NCBI RefSeq assembly: GCF_000002075.1
Contig: NW_004797277.1
Coordinates: 1,939,700 to 2,003,699 of the forward strand
Direction: 5' to 3'
From: Aplysia californica
Lineage: Eukaryota
Length of the DNA stretch: 64,000 bases
Below the pieces are notes generated by a model. That model had not been told where the DNA came from. It saw only the letters and a list, made by a program, of their open reading frames with translations, and ran no database searches. Below, piece by piece: positions 44,301 through 64,000 of the stretch. Within the stretch, counting starts at the first letter, position 1; each line of letters opens with the position of its first letter. The translations under genes and the position numbers were made by a program.

Positions 44301-47300
44301 TTTGTCTCCTGAGAATTGTGGTACCATTCTTTTACCTCTCAGGTAATTTTAAAGAAATGGCAGCTGTTTTAATATAATCAAATATTACTAAATTCAGGCC
44401 AGGGGAGGGTTACATGCTTTTTGAGTTTCAAGGAAGGATTGCAAAATGGTTCCAAGCCAATAATTTTATTTTAATAGAAAATATATGATCTGCCCATTGG
44501 TAGCTTTTTAAGCTGGAAGTTTACATATTTATATTTCATGTTAAAAACGATCTTTGAAATTTTTGTACATTATTTCCAAAGGCTTCCTATTTAAAAGCAA
44601 AAGGCCAAAAATATACCACGAAAAACCCTGTTCAAAGCTCTGTAGCTCTCTGCCAGTGAAAAGACGGTATTTAGCCATTCATCTTTCGGCGAAGCTTTCG
44701 AAAGCATGGGTGTCAATTTTTGAAGTGATCGACTTTGCATTCCGACTGAATGGCGATTCTCCAACTCCAAATATAATACAGTCCATGCCGGCTTTAAGCA
44801 CGGTCGTTGGGAGAAAGCTTAAGCGTGCTTGAGTACGAAGTAGATATAATCCTGAGATTTTCATGTAGAAAATTTCCCGTGCTATTTCCCTTTGTTTGTA
44901 AGTAGGCCTATTGCGGTCCCGCAAAAGTGTGCACTGTTATTTAGACACCCGCAATGGTAGTTTTTGTTCGCTTGTTTGTTTTTGTTTTGTGGTTGAATGG
45001 GAAATGAAAATTTAATTTAGACGGCCAGTCACGATACAGCACGCTAGGCCTACACACTGCCTGTGCGTACCACTGCCAACTGTGCCACTTATACCACCGC
45101 CTTCATCCCACCTCGCATGAGATACACAATCAGGATGAATGGATAGCAAGGGTCAAAAGTGAAATAACAGCCAGCCTCTCTTTCTCGTCTCCCCGACTCT
45201 CTTTGTATTTTTTTTTTGGTCATGTGTAGCTTTGCCCTAGGCCTAGGCTAGATCCTATGTCTGCGCGCGCGGCTGTGTGCATCTGCCTTCCTCTCCGCCT
45301 GTGTCAGTGTGTGTGTCCAGCACTTGACAGTAAAGTGCATGCCATCTGTTAAACAATAAAAATCTCACCATGTTGCCTGATTTTATAAGCAACAACTCTG
45401 CGTCGATCTAGAAGCTTTTCTCTTGTCTCCGAGACAGTTTCATATTCTGGGGCATAGCACACATGAAGTGCACCACCAAAAAAGGAATAGTCATCTAGTT
45501 TCCTCTTGGCAAATCTGCAATTTGTAAAAGAAAGAAAAAATCTTTAACAACCTAAGAATAAAACTATTATATTGGTTTGTATTAATTAACCTCTCCGCTG
45601 CCACATTACTTAACTAAATAGGGCTGGAGTTATTTTACAATAACTACTAAAAAGCTAATTTCTCATTTACTGAGCAGCCTAGAAGTGGCTGACTTTAAAC
45701 ATGANNNNNNNNNNNNNNNNNNNNNNNNNNNNNNNNNNNNNNNNNNNNNNNNNNNNNNNNNNNNNNNNNNNNNNNNNNNNNNNNNNNNNNNNNNNNNNNN
45801 NNNNNNNNNNNNNNNNNNNNNNNNNNNNNNNNNAGAACAATAGAACAGCATATACATGCCTCTAAACTCCAAAGCAAAAAGAGAAGAAAAAACATGACCA
45901 TATGAAATACTGTATAATCCAGTTAAAGGGACACTTCTTATTTTGATACTTGTGTTTTGTAATAAACAAGTCATAAGTTAAAAAGCTGGTCATAACCATG
46001 GGTGGGGTTGTAAAAACGAGGTCAACACAGTGAAAAAAAGGGATGCTGTGCATGAACAAATATATTAGAAGCTAACATACGTTAGAGACAAACAGAATAT
46101 AGTGTTCGTACTAATCAAGAGACTAACTGTGCACCATCCATCCCAACTCATCTTCCTACTAATTCTACAAAAGTGGCAACCTTTATTTCTTATCACTTTT
46201 CATGTTACCTGTTATAAAGCTAAGAAACCATACAGGAAAATAATGGGCTCTGCATTTTGCTGCTGACTCTGTTCTGCTACCAAGCTGTCATCAAATACAA
46301 GTATCCACTAGCTCTACACACACTCTATATATGCTCTAACCAAAATAACATTTTTCGGAATACTACAGTACAATACTGTCTTTATTTTTTTTCGAGGTTT
46401 TTCTTTTCAAGGAGATACTGCAAAGCATATCAGCCTTTATTAACTACTTACCTTGCGGACTGAATCTTTTTATATTTGAATAAGTAAACTTCTGTGTACT
46501 TGTCTTCACAGGGGTATTCGTCTAAGGCATGGTGCTCTTCCACTGCACCAAATTTGGAACACAAATCCACTAAATTTTTAGTGGCTCCAACACAGGGGAC
46601 ACCTTGGATGAGGATGTATCGGGACTCATTGTTCACAGTGTAAACCTGCCACAAAAATTGAAAGAAAGAAACGACTCTAAATAAATCTTTTTATTTAAAA
46701 AGACAACCGAAGTGCATATGACTTTTTAAAAATCATGGTTTTTGTTTTCTGATAGTGCTTGAAAAGGATTGATTTGGGATAATCTAGTGTATGGAAAAGC
46801 CAGAAACTTTTCTCTAAGAAGTTTTGAGGGCCATAAAATGCATTTCATTACTTTTCCACTTACTCATTTTATGTGCAAACTCAAATTTTAAGGCCTCATT
46901 TCTCCTTGGGGATCATTCTTATGAATAGGTTTTGCTTTTACGGATATGTCTGCCTGAAAATAGTTTTTAGTAGACCTCATCCTTGGTAGGGAGGCTGTTT
47001 GGTTTTTTTTATTGTTCTTTTTATAATGCAGGTGTTTTAATCCCTCATCGACACAAGTTAGACCAATTAAAGGCAGGCATCAAACTTGTAAAGGAACACA
47101 ATGTCTCAATAGAAAGTCCAAGATACTCAATAAAAATTCTCTCCAGACAGGAACTGAATTAAGGTCTCCCGTGTGCCAGAAAATCCCACTATTTTAGGTT
47201 CTTAGGTAGGTTTATATTATTATATTGAATACTACCTTTGCATCAGTTTTGAAGTTTGAAGAATGTGTTCTTTTTTATAAACATGATCTTCTATCCAATT

Positions 47301-48093
47301 CCAGTGTGCCCTTCATCTGTGCAATGGCTTTATATTATATACAGTTTTGCTCCAGAAAAATTAAGATAGGCTCTTCCCATCCACAAGTGAAGAGATGGGA
47401 ATTATTTGATGAGTTTGACATGGTACATGACCTTTTTTGATATCTCTTCTGTAAGAAAACTTCAACAACCATGGTAACTAGTAGCTGAGATGAAAGTTTT
47501 ATGACTGTAATATATAACTCATCTGAAAATCACTGACATATATAATCAAATGCAGTATGATCAGTTAGAGGTAAAAGACCTAGGCTTCTGATCTGTAACA
47601 AAGAAAGATACAGAAGGTGCTTTCTTCTACCATCATCCATCAAAATTCTTCCATCTTGACCATCTTGTGATAAAAATATTCATATGACCTTAGAGCATGC
47701 ATCAGAATAACATTGAGTATGTATCTAGCTTAANNNNNNNNNNNNNNNNNNNNNNNNNNNNNNNNNNNNNNNNNNNNNNNNNNNNNNNNNNNNNNNNNNN
47801 NNNNNNNNNNNNNNNNNNNNNNNNNNNNNNNNNNNNNNNNNNNNNNNNNNNNNNNNNNNNNNNNNNNNNNNNCAGTGTGCCAGGATCTGGACAATAAAGA
47901 TGTGTCTTATCTTATCTTAGACAGGTTATGCACATTTCCACAACTAACACTAACAAAAAACTAGAATTACCTTAACTGCTTTTGCATGTCTACCTTCCCT
48001 GTAGGGTTTCCTTGTGGCACAAACTTCTTGCTTTACATGATGGGATGGGACTTCAGGGTCAGATGATGCCATGACATTGCTGTCATCAGTCAT
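41365..48093 (-). CDS. RBM48: RNA-binding motif protein 48 (minor spliceosome factor), complete, 5 coding exons, ~446 aa
   Basis: complement(join(41365..41397,43103..43947,45369..45514,46452..46645,47971..48093)) = 1341 nt, in frame. HHVKQEVCATRKPYREGRHAKAVKVYTVNNESRYILIQGVP...ALDEYPCEDKYTEVYLFKYKKIQSARFAKRKLDDYSFFGGALHVCYAPEYETVSETREKL is the RBM48 RRM region. The start could instead be the second Met (MASS, 48072). The last exon is less certain. Confidence 0.92.
41707..41890. mobile_element. Small MITE with ~23-bp TIRs
   Basis: ATCTGTCCCCATCGTTTTATGCA ... TGTATAAAACCACAGGGACAGAT; internal AAATTATGC repeats. Confidence 0.6.
44226..44760 (+). repeat. Dispersed repeat family A, copy 3
   Basis: Same orientation as copy 1; shows the empty site TTTTAATATAATCAAATATT. 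Confidence 0.7.
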
Positions 48094-48864
48094 AAAATCT
48101 GGAAACTAAAAATTACAACATTGTACAAAATCGTCATGTCCATAACACAGCTACAACACTAGGCCCTGGCTATATCAGGACTACTGGGACCAATGTGATG
48201 TCCTTGTTATAGCCAAACCCTAAGGTTATAGACGGGGATCATATTTACACACATTGTAACTAATGATTAACAATGTGATCATTTTTCCCCCCATAGAATA
48301 CCCATTACTAATTTAGCAGTTATTTCTGCTTTCATTTCCACCGATATTATTTGCTCCTCATCCTTTTCTTTCTTTTTCTAGTACCTTAGTCTCCAGGAGG
48401 TTGACTAGACATTAATTGAGATGCACAGGATGTAACCTAATGAAAGTAATTATTGAATTAATTTAGCGCACATCATGTTCTAGAGCAGGCTCTATGGGCT
48501 TTACAACTATTCAAAATTTTAAAATTTAAAGTTATCACAGAAGGGAAAAGGAACACACATTATACGTCTGCAGTAAATCAAGCACCAAGTGCTTACTTTT
48601 AATTCAATCATGTTCTTGTTACAGTACAGGTCTCGCCACCTCACAAGGACACAATTTAAGATGTGGTGCCAGACAGAGGTCATGCTAAGACACTCAAGTC
48701 ATTGATAGGAAAATCTGAATTAACACCACATTGCATCCAGCTTTCCCCCTCCCTTCCTCCCCTATATACATGGCATAATACATTATAACTAACTAACGCC
48801 TCTTGTGGGTCATGTAGGTACAATATGCCATGGATGCTGTTTTGCTTAATTTGCTTTTTATCTT

Positions 48865-49045
48865 TTTTTTTTAAAGTAGAGGTTTTACAGCTCTCGCAAC
48901 TGCATAAGGTCATATGAGCGCCAGGAGATTAGAGGTGTTACAAGAGAGTAACAAACATAAAAAAGAAGAAGGAGAGATAAGGACGATAGATGTTTGATAG
49001 GAAAGAAGAAGCAAACCACACCAGAGCACCCACCAACCACCCATG
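48865..49045 (-). mobile_element. SINE-like 3' fragment, family D
   Basis: Reverse complement of 18586-18760. Confidence 0.65.
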
Positions 49046-49924
49046 CTTTTTATCTAGTCCATTTGAGTGGAATTATGTTGAATTGAAATAAGGTGTTCGT
49101 CAAAATAATGAAATCAAAGAAACTGAAATTTTTTCTGACCATTTGACAATTTATATTGAATTTTTTTGGGGGGGATTCCAAACCTGTTATGTCCACTTAA
49201 AAACACATATATATCCGGATATTACTGAAAACATTGAATAAAGGCACAAAAATATAAATTCACAGTTTCCAAGGACGCTACAGAGCTTGAAGTTTCCAAA
49301 CTTTGCAGCCATTTTATTGTTAATTTTACCTCTGAAACCAGGTGATTCTATCTCTCTCAATCATAAATTTATATCAACTTCTATTCAAGATAGATGGATA
49401 TACATCAAAAGCAGGCAAATGAATAAGCTTTAAGATGGTATCAATAACTTTAACTCTATACCCAAAAATTGAAAAGCGCCTGATTCCAAAGCGTCATGAC
49501 ACATCTGTTTTCGGATTTCATCAATGTTATAGCCAAGCATGCCTATTCCGAATGCCGGCTATAAATAAACTTTTATACAATACATTACTAGAGATCGGGC
49601 TTTCGGATTTATTATAAGCCTGCTATAGCCGAACAACTGAGCCGGACTGAGTGGGATGCAGCATCCCAGCAGAAAGATAGAAATTAAAAATACTTGATAA
49701 AATACATACTTTAGATTCTAACTCACACATATTTGCGTGCAACAGTGAGGAGTTGGGCCAACACGGCAGAGACATGGGTTGAAATAAAACTTCAGTGCAA
49801 AAGTAAAACCAAAGAAAATGAGGGAAAGGTTGTGAGTTGTTTTTTATAAATTTCATTTTGGTCTAGTCAGGAGCATAGAAATTTAGAGCTTTCAGCGTCA
49901 TTCACAAAGACATGAACACAAATA

Positions 49925-51560
49925 CAGTAGTCTCTGCCTCAGATCCCGGTCCTTGGGAGCAAGGAAAATGCAGGATTTTAGGCGAACGGGATCTTATCCG
50001 ACACACCAAGTAAAGAATCTTTAGTGACCCATGTTAAGGCCCACAACTGGTAAAATGGTCTCCCTTCACTCTGAAATGGTCTGACGTGACCCCTGGGTGG
50101 GTGCATGAGGCGTACAATTTTCACTTATTATTCTATCGTAAGTCTCAAGTTCTACGCTTATCCAGTTGCCCCCTCCCTTTTACCTGTCCAAAATGTATAG
50201 CTTTTCATTTCTGACTGAGTTCCCCCTGCCTTTGTAGTTACGCACCATTACGTTGTCGTCACACCTGTTAAAATTCAGTCTCTCTCGCAAATTGGGGAGT
50301 AGAGACATTAAGGCTACTATGATCAAGGAAGTGTTCACAGTTCGATGTAATCCCGTCATGAGAGAACTTGTAGACCCTACCCAACCAGCGTATTATGTAA
50401 GTTTAGGTGGGGAACTCAGATGCGAGTGTGATGTTTGGGGAAAACAAACGCGTCAGTCAGTTCACACCTACGTGTGATCCTGTCTTGGGCAAACATTATA
50501 CCGCTTTATAGAGTTTTACAACACTCATCTGATCACTTTCATGAGAGTGATTGATCTTTGATGCCATGGGTAGTTCAATGATCTCAACTTTTCCCCCTTG
50601 GTTGATCAGCTGTGCCCACTCACATTTTTGTTCCATAAATTATTATCTGAAACTCAGGATCTTAGCCGAATGTAGACTTTCAAAGTGAATCAGAGCAGGA
50701 TCTTAGAGGTAACTTTTATACAATCGAACCTGTGTAAGACGGCCACCCACTGTCCAAGAGAAAAGTGGCTGTAAAAGACAGGCGGCCATCTTAGGCAGGA
50801 CTGACCAAGATGAAAAAAACCCAAACCATTCCTTTCTGAGGTCCCAACCGAAGGTATCTACATTGCTGTTGTTTTCATTGGTTTGTCTTTTGTTTGCTTT
50901 TAGATATTGTTGCTGCTTTTGTGCAAGGGTGACAATAAAACGAAACACATGGGTCGCCACCACTCTGATAACGAGCGACGCTTCTGTTGCAAGTTCATGT
51001 TGATGTCCTTTGTTGCTTTGTTACAGACTGGGTAAACAGTGACGACTCATCTCACTGATGATTTATGACTGTGACTATGAGTTCTGGGCGGAGCTTATGG
51101 GTTATGAAGGATCACACGCTTACCTCACCATCAGCAGAAAATTTGTTACTATTGGTCAACTGTGGGAGGGGCCAACACCACATGATCGTAGAACGGACTA
51201 CTTAACAACGACAGGTGATTGGATTATGAAGGCTTGCCCACAATGCCAGGGGCCAATGCATAATTTATGACAAAAGATAATGGAGTCACTAAGGTGGCCG
51301 TCTAAGACAGGTGTTATTATTCGGTGTGAAACTGATTGTGTGTTAAAATATGGTGGCAGCAGCCGCATTGGACAGGTGCCCGTTTTACACAGAGTTAAAT
51401 TATAAAAAGAAGAAACGCAATGGGGGACACAAAAAGTGGCCGTTTGTACATGTGGTCGTCATGGCAGGTTCGACTGGAGTAAAAATTCTGTTTTCTTAAA
51501 ACAGCGGGATCTTAAGCGAACCGAAATCATAAGCGTTGGGATCTTAGGCGGAGACTACTG
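49925..51560 (+). mobile_element. Family B element, copy 2, with a nested Tc1/pogo-like MITE at 50721-51476
   Basis: TA|CAGTAGTCTCTGCCTCAGATCCC ... GGGATCTTAGGCGGAGACTACTG|TA; the nested element has ends CAATCGAACCTG / CAGGTTCGACTG. Confidence 0.8.
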
Positions 51561-51806
51561 TAGTAAATTGGCATTATAAAATTTTTATAATTATCATTAT
51601 TACGTCATTTAATTGAAATAATAAATTCACACTTTCAATTAAGTTTGAAAGGCTCCTAAGAAATGCTTCTGTGGCAGCTCCACTCTGTAACATATATTCA
51701 GAGCAAGTCAGCGAGTAAGGTTTTCAAATTTCACCCCAACTGGTACAGTCCTCTTGACTGAGCTGACTTTGACAAAACTATCACTTTTCGTAGAACATTT
51801 GAGATA

Positions 51807-52644
51807 CAGTAGTCTTTATCTAAGACCCCCACCATTTACAATCCTGGTTCATTTCAGATCCTGTAGTTTTAGTTCTAGGAAAACATTTTTACTACACAAA
51901 AGTCACCCAAAGATCCCACTCTGAAGGTCTATATTCGGCAAAGATCCCCCCATTTCAGATCATAATTTACGCAACAAAAACCCAGGCAGGCGTAACAGAT
52001 CAACCAAGAGTGAAAATCTGCAGATAATTGAATTGCCCCTTGCATGATAGATCAGCCATTCTAGTGAATGTGATCACAACTTTTGTAAATCTCTATGAAA
52101 CGGTACAATGTTTGCCCCACACTGGATCACTGAGGTATCAACTCGCCAATGCACTCGCTTCTGAGCCATCCACCTAAAAGTACATCACACGCTAGGTGGG
52201 TAGGGCCTACAAGTTCACATCAAGTGAGATTACATCGAACTGTGAACTCTCCCGTGACCATTACAGCAGTTATCTCTACTCCCATATTTGCGTGACCCGA
52301 AATTTAACACAAAAGTGTGTGACAAAAAAGACTGAGCAACTTGGTCAGAGATGGAAAGCTATAAATTTTTGACCGGTAAAGGGAAGGAGTAGCAGGACAA
52401 GGGTATCTTGAGACTCACGATAGGATGATTAGTGAAAATGGCATGCCTATGCCACTGTGACTTGACCATCAAGGTTGACCACTCTTTGCTCTCCATGAGT
52501 CATAAGCCCATCCAGGGATGACGTCACTCCATTATAAAGTAAAAGGAGACCATTTTACCGGTTGTGAGCCTAGATCATGGTAAGCTTAGATCCCTAAGAT
52601 CCTGCATTTCCTTTGTTCCCAAGCACTGGAGGAAGAGACTACTG
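51807..52644 (-). mobile_element. Family B element, copy 3 (inverted relative to copy 2)
   Basis: TA|CAGTAGTCT ... AGACTACTG|TA; internal sequence is the reverse complement of copy 2. Confidence 0.75.
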
Positions 52645-52715
52645 TATTAGCTTAAGGGTTTTAAAATTGGACATCAACAGCAGAGAAGCTTTCTGAAAAA
52701 CTAGAAAAAATAATA

Positions 52716-53030
52716 ATGATCAATACACCTCAAAGTATTAAGAAGAGCTCAGTCAGAGATAAGGTGGGAAGAAAGCGTTGGCGATGGATTGGACACACTT
52801 TCAGGAAGGCAAGCAGCTGCATAACAAGGAAAGTGTTAGATTGGAACCCACAGAGTAAAATTTCAAGGGGAAGACCACGTGGAACCTGGAGAAGAGTCAC
52901 AGAAATGGATGTACAGAAAAGTAGGAAGACATGGAGTGACCTCAAGTGGCTCGCCCACAATAGGGAAAGGTGGAAAGAGTTTGTTCATGGCCTAATACTG
53001 ATCCAAGGTGAAAAAGGCAATGATGAATAG
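52716..53030 (+). mobile_element. RTE-clade LINE 3' fragment
   Basis: RKRWRWIGHTFRKASSCITRKVLDWNPQSKISRGRPRGTWRR...LAHNRERWKEFV is the typical C-terminus of RTE ORF2. Confidence 0.85.
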
Positions 53031-53168
53031 GCCTACACCTCAAAACTTGAAATAAAAGTAGACTGAACCCAGTTTTCTCTTCAATGCCAGTCTTGCCTAA
53101 ATTAGGAATCTACTTCACATTTCTAGTCTGAGTCCAGACAAAATATACCTTGATGACTATGACCTTAA

Positions 53169-54009
53169 CTCTAGTCCTGCGGGGTTAACCGGAAGAGGGC
53201 TCTTATCGATCGATGACCCACTTACGTCGCCCGCGAGCTTGTGCCGCAGGGCGCCGGGGTCAGACACCGGTCACGCGAGCGTGCCGCGGCAGGTCAGGGA
53301 AACACCTCATCTTTTACAGCAAACTGATACGATCAATGAATAAGTGTTACGATCACACGAATAATCCCATTATCTCCTCGTCGGTTGATCAGAGACGCTG
53401 AGATTGGAAGTTACACCAAATCGAATAACTTTTCCAGAGTTTTCCAGATTTCACACCTATTATGAATGAACTTGCGAACAGCTGCTTATCAGCTATTGTT
53501 CGAAAGAGGGAAAAAATGGGATAATTTCCGAATATTTTTTTTATTCAGTTGCTCTCAAATTTCTCCCTCTGGTAGGACAATGGTTCAAAAACCACCAAAT
53601 ATGATTATTTACATCAGGAAACAACGTTTGGTGTAAGAATTAGATTGTTTGAAAAGTGAGGAAAGGTGTTTGCATTGAAAGATGAAAGTCCTATTTCCTG
53701 AATATCCTTTCGAGTCCCTCAAGTGTCTAACTGGGTCAAAATGCTCATATTTCATTGGATGAACGTCTCAACTGACGCTCTGTTATCTCTACCAACGCCT
53801 CGCGTTGCAAAACAATGCAGTAAGTTCCAGATGGACACACAGGCACAAGCAGACTGACGCACACACATTTTAGCACACAGATGCAGACCCCGCCCTAAAC
53901 GAAATGCGTTGCCCGCGCGGGACGACGACTGATCAGGGACCAGCTGTGGAGCGCCGCGCGGGATTGCGCTTATCGGACAAACATTTATCAGGGACCAGAA
54001 TCTTAAGGG
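53169..54009. mobile_element. piggyBac-like non-autonomous element related to 20448-21306
   Basis: TTAA|CTCT ... AGGG|TTAA; shares CCGATAAGC and CTGGTCCC subterminal motifs in reverse; TIR match is weak. Confidence 0.55.
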
Positions 54010-54507
54010 TTAATACATTGACTCCATGACTTCTTGACTTAACACTTTCCACCCACGCAGCACGCAACACCCCAACGGACAAGGATACAAGTGCGGTACA
54101 CCCTATATCACACCGACGCTGATCGGCGTCCCGTGGGGAAAAGGGACGGCTTCTTACCGTCGCCGATCAGCATCCCGAGGGGGCAAAGATTTAAGTCTAA
54201 TAGCTAAAAATGTGTGTTTAGTCAGTCCATTGAGGCAGCAATGGGGATAAACAATGTAACATGAACATAGAAATGAGAAACGCATTAGACTAGTTTTCCA
54301 TCCAGAACAGTAACTACCTGCTGGAATCTATATCATTCATTTTGAAACTACTGTCACTTAACCAGTGGGCGCGATTACCATTTTTCAGTAGGCCTAATCA
54401 CTTCACTCTCAGTTTCACTGAAATGTAGTCACTTAGTTTGTTGAATTGTGACTGTCCTGTTAGTTTCACTTTTAATTTTCGTAACAAGGCCAAGAATAAC
54501 TACATTT

Positions 54508-54568
54508 TAGATTCTATTAGATCTAGATCTATACATATTATAAGCCTAGATTCCTAGATCTAGATCTA
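54508..54568. repeat. Short (TAGATC)n arrays
   Basis: Directly visible; inferred RBM48 intron 1. Confidence 0.8.
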
Positions 54569-55373
54569 AACTAAGTCGAACCTGCCTTAACGGAAACCTG
54601 TATAAAACGGAAACCTGTCTTAACGGAATCTCCCCGCTCCCCCCTTGTTATATTCCTCTTTATTTAACTGTATAAAACGGAAACCTGTCCAACGGGGAAA
54701 CGGCAAGAAAAATCCGCTCCCTTCCGAGGGTTTCACCTGTCTAAGACGGAAAATGCTTAGCCCGCTCAACCTTGATTTGAAACAAAACTCGCAAGTTTGG
54801 TTCTGCCGGCTCTAAACTTAACGCTATGGCTATGGCTATGCCGCTGGCCGAGGAAGAGGAGTGTGCAATTTGGGGGTAGATGTTATCCCATCATGTGACC
54901 TCTGAGCGATGCAATGCAGTGTAGTGTGGGTGTGAAATCTCACGACTTCTCGTGAGAGTGCTCAAGTAGCGAGCCACTACGGAAACTTTCCTGGGTAGCC
55001 AGAAGCCAGAGGTGTGAAATTAGATTGACCAATGCCTGCCGCCCTGATCGTACGGCCAGCCGAGAAAAGAGCTCCTTGAATCTTTGTTACATATGATGGC
55101 AGTGAGGGGTGGCATTGGTGGGTGGGGCTAAGGGTGGAATCAAAGGAGAGGTCAAATAGTGGTCCTAAGAAAGGCAAGCACTAGTGGTAAAAATATTTAT
55201 AAGTAAGACTGACCCATATCATCTTATCAGACAGGATATAGGATAGCATTTGAGATGAGAGGTGTGAAGTTTTGACGACTGCCTGCCGATCGGACAAGCG
55301 ATCCTTGATCCCACCGGCTGGGCCTTGGAACCCCCCGATCAAAACTACAGTCGGCGATCTGATCGGAAATTAC

Positions 55374-62294
<6,921 letters not shown>

Positions 62295-63193
62295 GTATGT
62301 TTAGTATAAACTGAATTGAGTAAAACGGGTTCTGCCAGCATGGCAAAGGGGAAAAACTATTTGGCCAATTCATAATTTTATGCTCAGTGAAAATAATGTT
62401 GAGCTTATGAAAAGAATTATAATGGCATCTGCTTAAGGCTACAATTGAGTCATGGCATTCCCAACTCTACGCTATCAAAAGTCAATTGTGTGATCAACCC
62501 CTCTGAACATCTATCAGTCCCGCAGATTTTCGTTTAATGAAAAGATGGAGGGCCTATATTTAACCTTTAGGCAGCCTTTGTTTGTAAAGAAAGACAGAGT
62601 GGATGATGAAGAAGATTGAATTGCAAAGTTCATTTTATGACTTAAGAAAATGTCAGTTTTATTTAGCGTACGTGTAGTCTATAAGCTGAAAAGAACTAAC
62701 TCATACCATTTGAACAGGGAAACAAAATTATGGTACCTTTTCATACACTAGAATTTAGTAATTCAGCTTGAGATGAAAAGATATGTACTGATGAAGTTAT
62801 TTTGCCAGTTGACGGGCTTGGATGGACAAGCCTTGAATTAAGAATTACAGTCGAGGTAGAAATATTATAATGTAAACAAAGATTGTTCACTCTTTATCAA
62901 ATGCTTCCTTACTACAGTATTGTGGCCTTTTTTATCAACAAAGAGAAGTACGTAGCAATTTTCCTGTGTGCTTGGATCATCACATGTATGGTGTGGCATT
63001 CAAAACTGAAGTCTGAACAGTAAATTCTCTGTTCTCAAACAAATGGCTATAATTAATCAGACTCAGGGTGTTTTGGTTGTTGAGTAAACGTCGTGCTTAG
63101 TGAGGGGACTGCCAAATGAAAAGGACCTTTAGACTATGGCTTAAATTATTGGTTTTCAATCTCGTATTCAGTGTATACAGTCTTGGCTTATTT

Positions 63194-63391
63194 CAGGGAT
63201 GCCAAATGTCAGGTTTTTCCTTTTTTTCCCTTTTTTTCCCCATCCGTTTAGGAAAGGGGAGAGGTAAGAGAGAATATATTTTTGTTTGCTGATTTAAAAG
63301 CTTTACAAGATTCGGTTTAAGTTTAGGTGAGATGTGATGCTCCGCCCATTTTCAGTTGGTTTTTTTCTCCAAAAATCATTTGGCATCCCTG
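63194..63391. mobile_element. hAT-like MITE with perfect 15-bp TIRs
   Basis: TTATTT|CAGGGATGCCAAATG ... CATTTGGCATCCCTG|TTATTT. Confidence 0.75.
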
Positions 63392-64000
63392 TTATTTGGA
63401 TATTTCTGGTCATGAACATTTGCATAACATGACTCTGAAATGAAGTGATAAATATTAAGCCTCTTCAGGTCTAGCCATATCTTCATGGTCGTTTTTTGGG
63501 GGGGGGGGGGGGGGTTTGGTTCTTTTCCTTTCTCTTTGAGCAAAAGGCCATTTTCTCAAAATATGCGTTTTTACTTTTTGAAATGACTGAACAGTTTGTA
63601 ATTTGACTCATGCCTTTTGAAAATAAAAAGTCAAATTATATGGTGGTGTTTTCTGATGCTAATATTTTTTTGGAGAAAACGTGTTTCATGTCTACGTTTT
63701 GCGAGTTTTTTTGAGTTTTTGGTAAGTGTTATACGGGCCTCGCAACTTCATAAGGTCATATGAGCACGCGGGACACATTGAATTAAACATTTTCAGTTGG
63801 TTGGAAATTTTCAGTTTTGCACGGTGGGCGGTCGAAACCTAATCTTAATATTGATTTTGGACCACCAAGGGATCTTCAACGTGCCCAACTTGCTCACGGG
63901 ACCTCTGAGATTTTTTTGCAATATCTGAAAAGGCTAGGTGTAGATCTTACCTACAATAAGGTCAAGGGTGTGGCTGAAAGACAGCAGTAAGAAGGAGCTA

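Noticed and set aside
41365-48093. U12-type introns in RBM48 or the neighbouring genes
   Set aside because: All reconstructed coding-intron donors are ordinary U2-type GT sites; none has the RTATCCTT consensus.

Overview
Repeat-rich animal genomic DNA, probably a lophotrochozoan-type invertebrate (inferred, not identified), with four N-gaps. Four spliced genes can be reconstructed by hand, arranged as two head-to-head pairs. Pair 1: EFCAB1/calaxin (-, 7 coding exons, 233 aa, complete) and NMT (+, 13 coding exons, 534 aa, complete), with only 224 bp between their ATGs. Pair 2: RBM48 (-, 5 coding exons, 446 aa, complete) and DCAKD (+, first 2 coding exons; continues past the window). Introns and intergenic DNA hold many transposon relics: a decayed Tc1 with intact TIRs, Tigger/pogo derivatives, Mutator-like elements with 9-bp TSDs, piggyBac-like TTAA MITEs, LINE fragments and tRNA-derived SINEs, often nested. 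Main points of interest: NMT-DCAKD linkage (head-to-head in human) that one inversion would restore; self-complementary (TAGATC)n arrays found only near the two divergent promoters; two homologous 35-bp hairpin-unit arrays with a compensatory stem change; and a Mutator-like element carrying a Tigger transposase fragment. Most ORFs in the supplied track are spurious.
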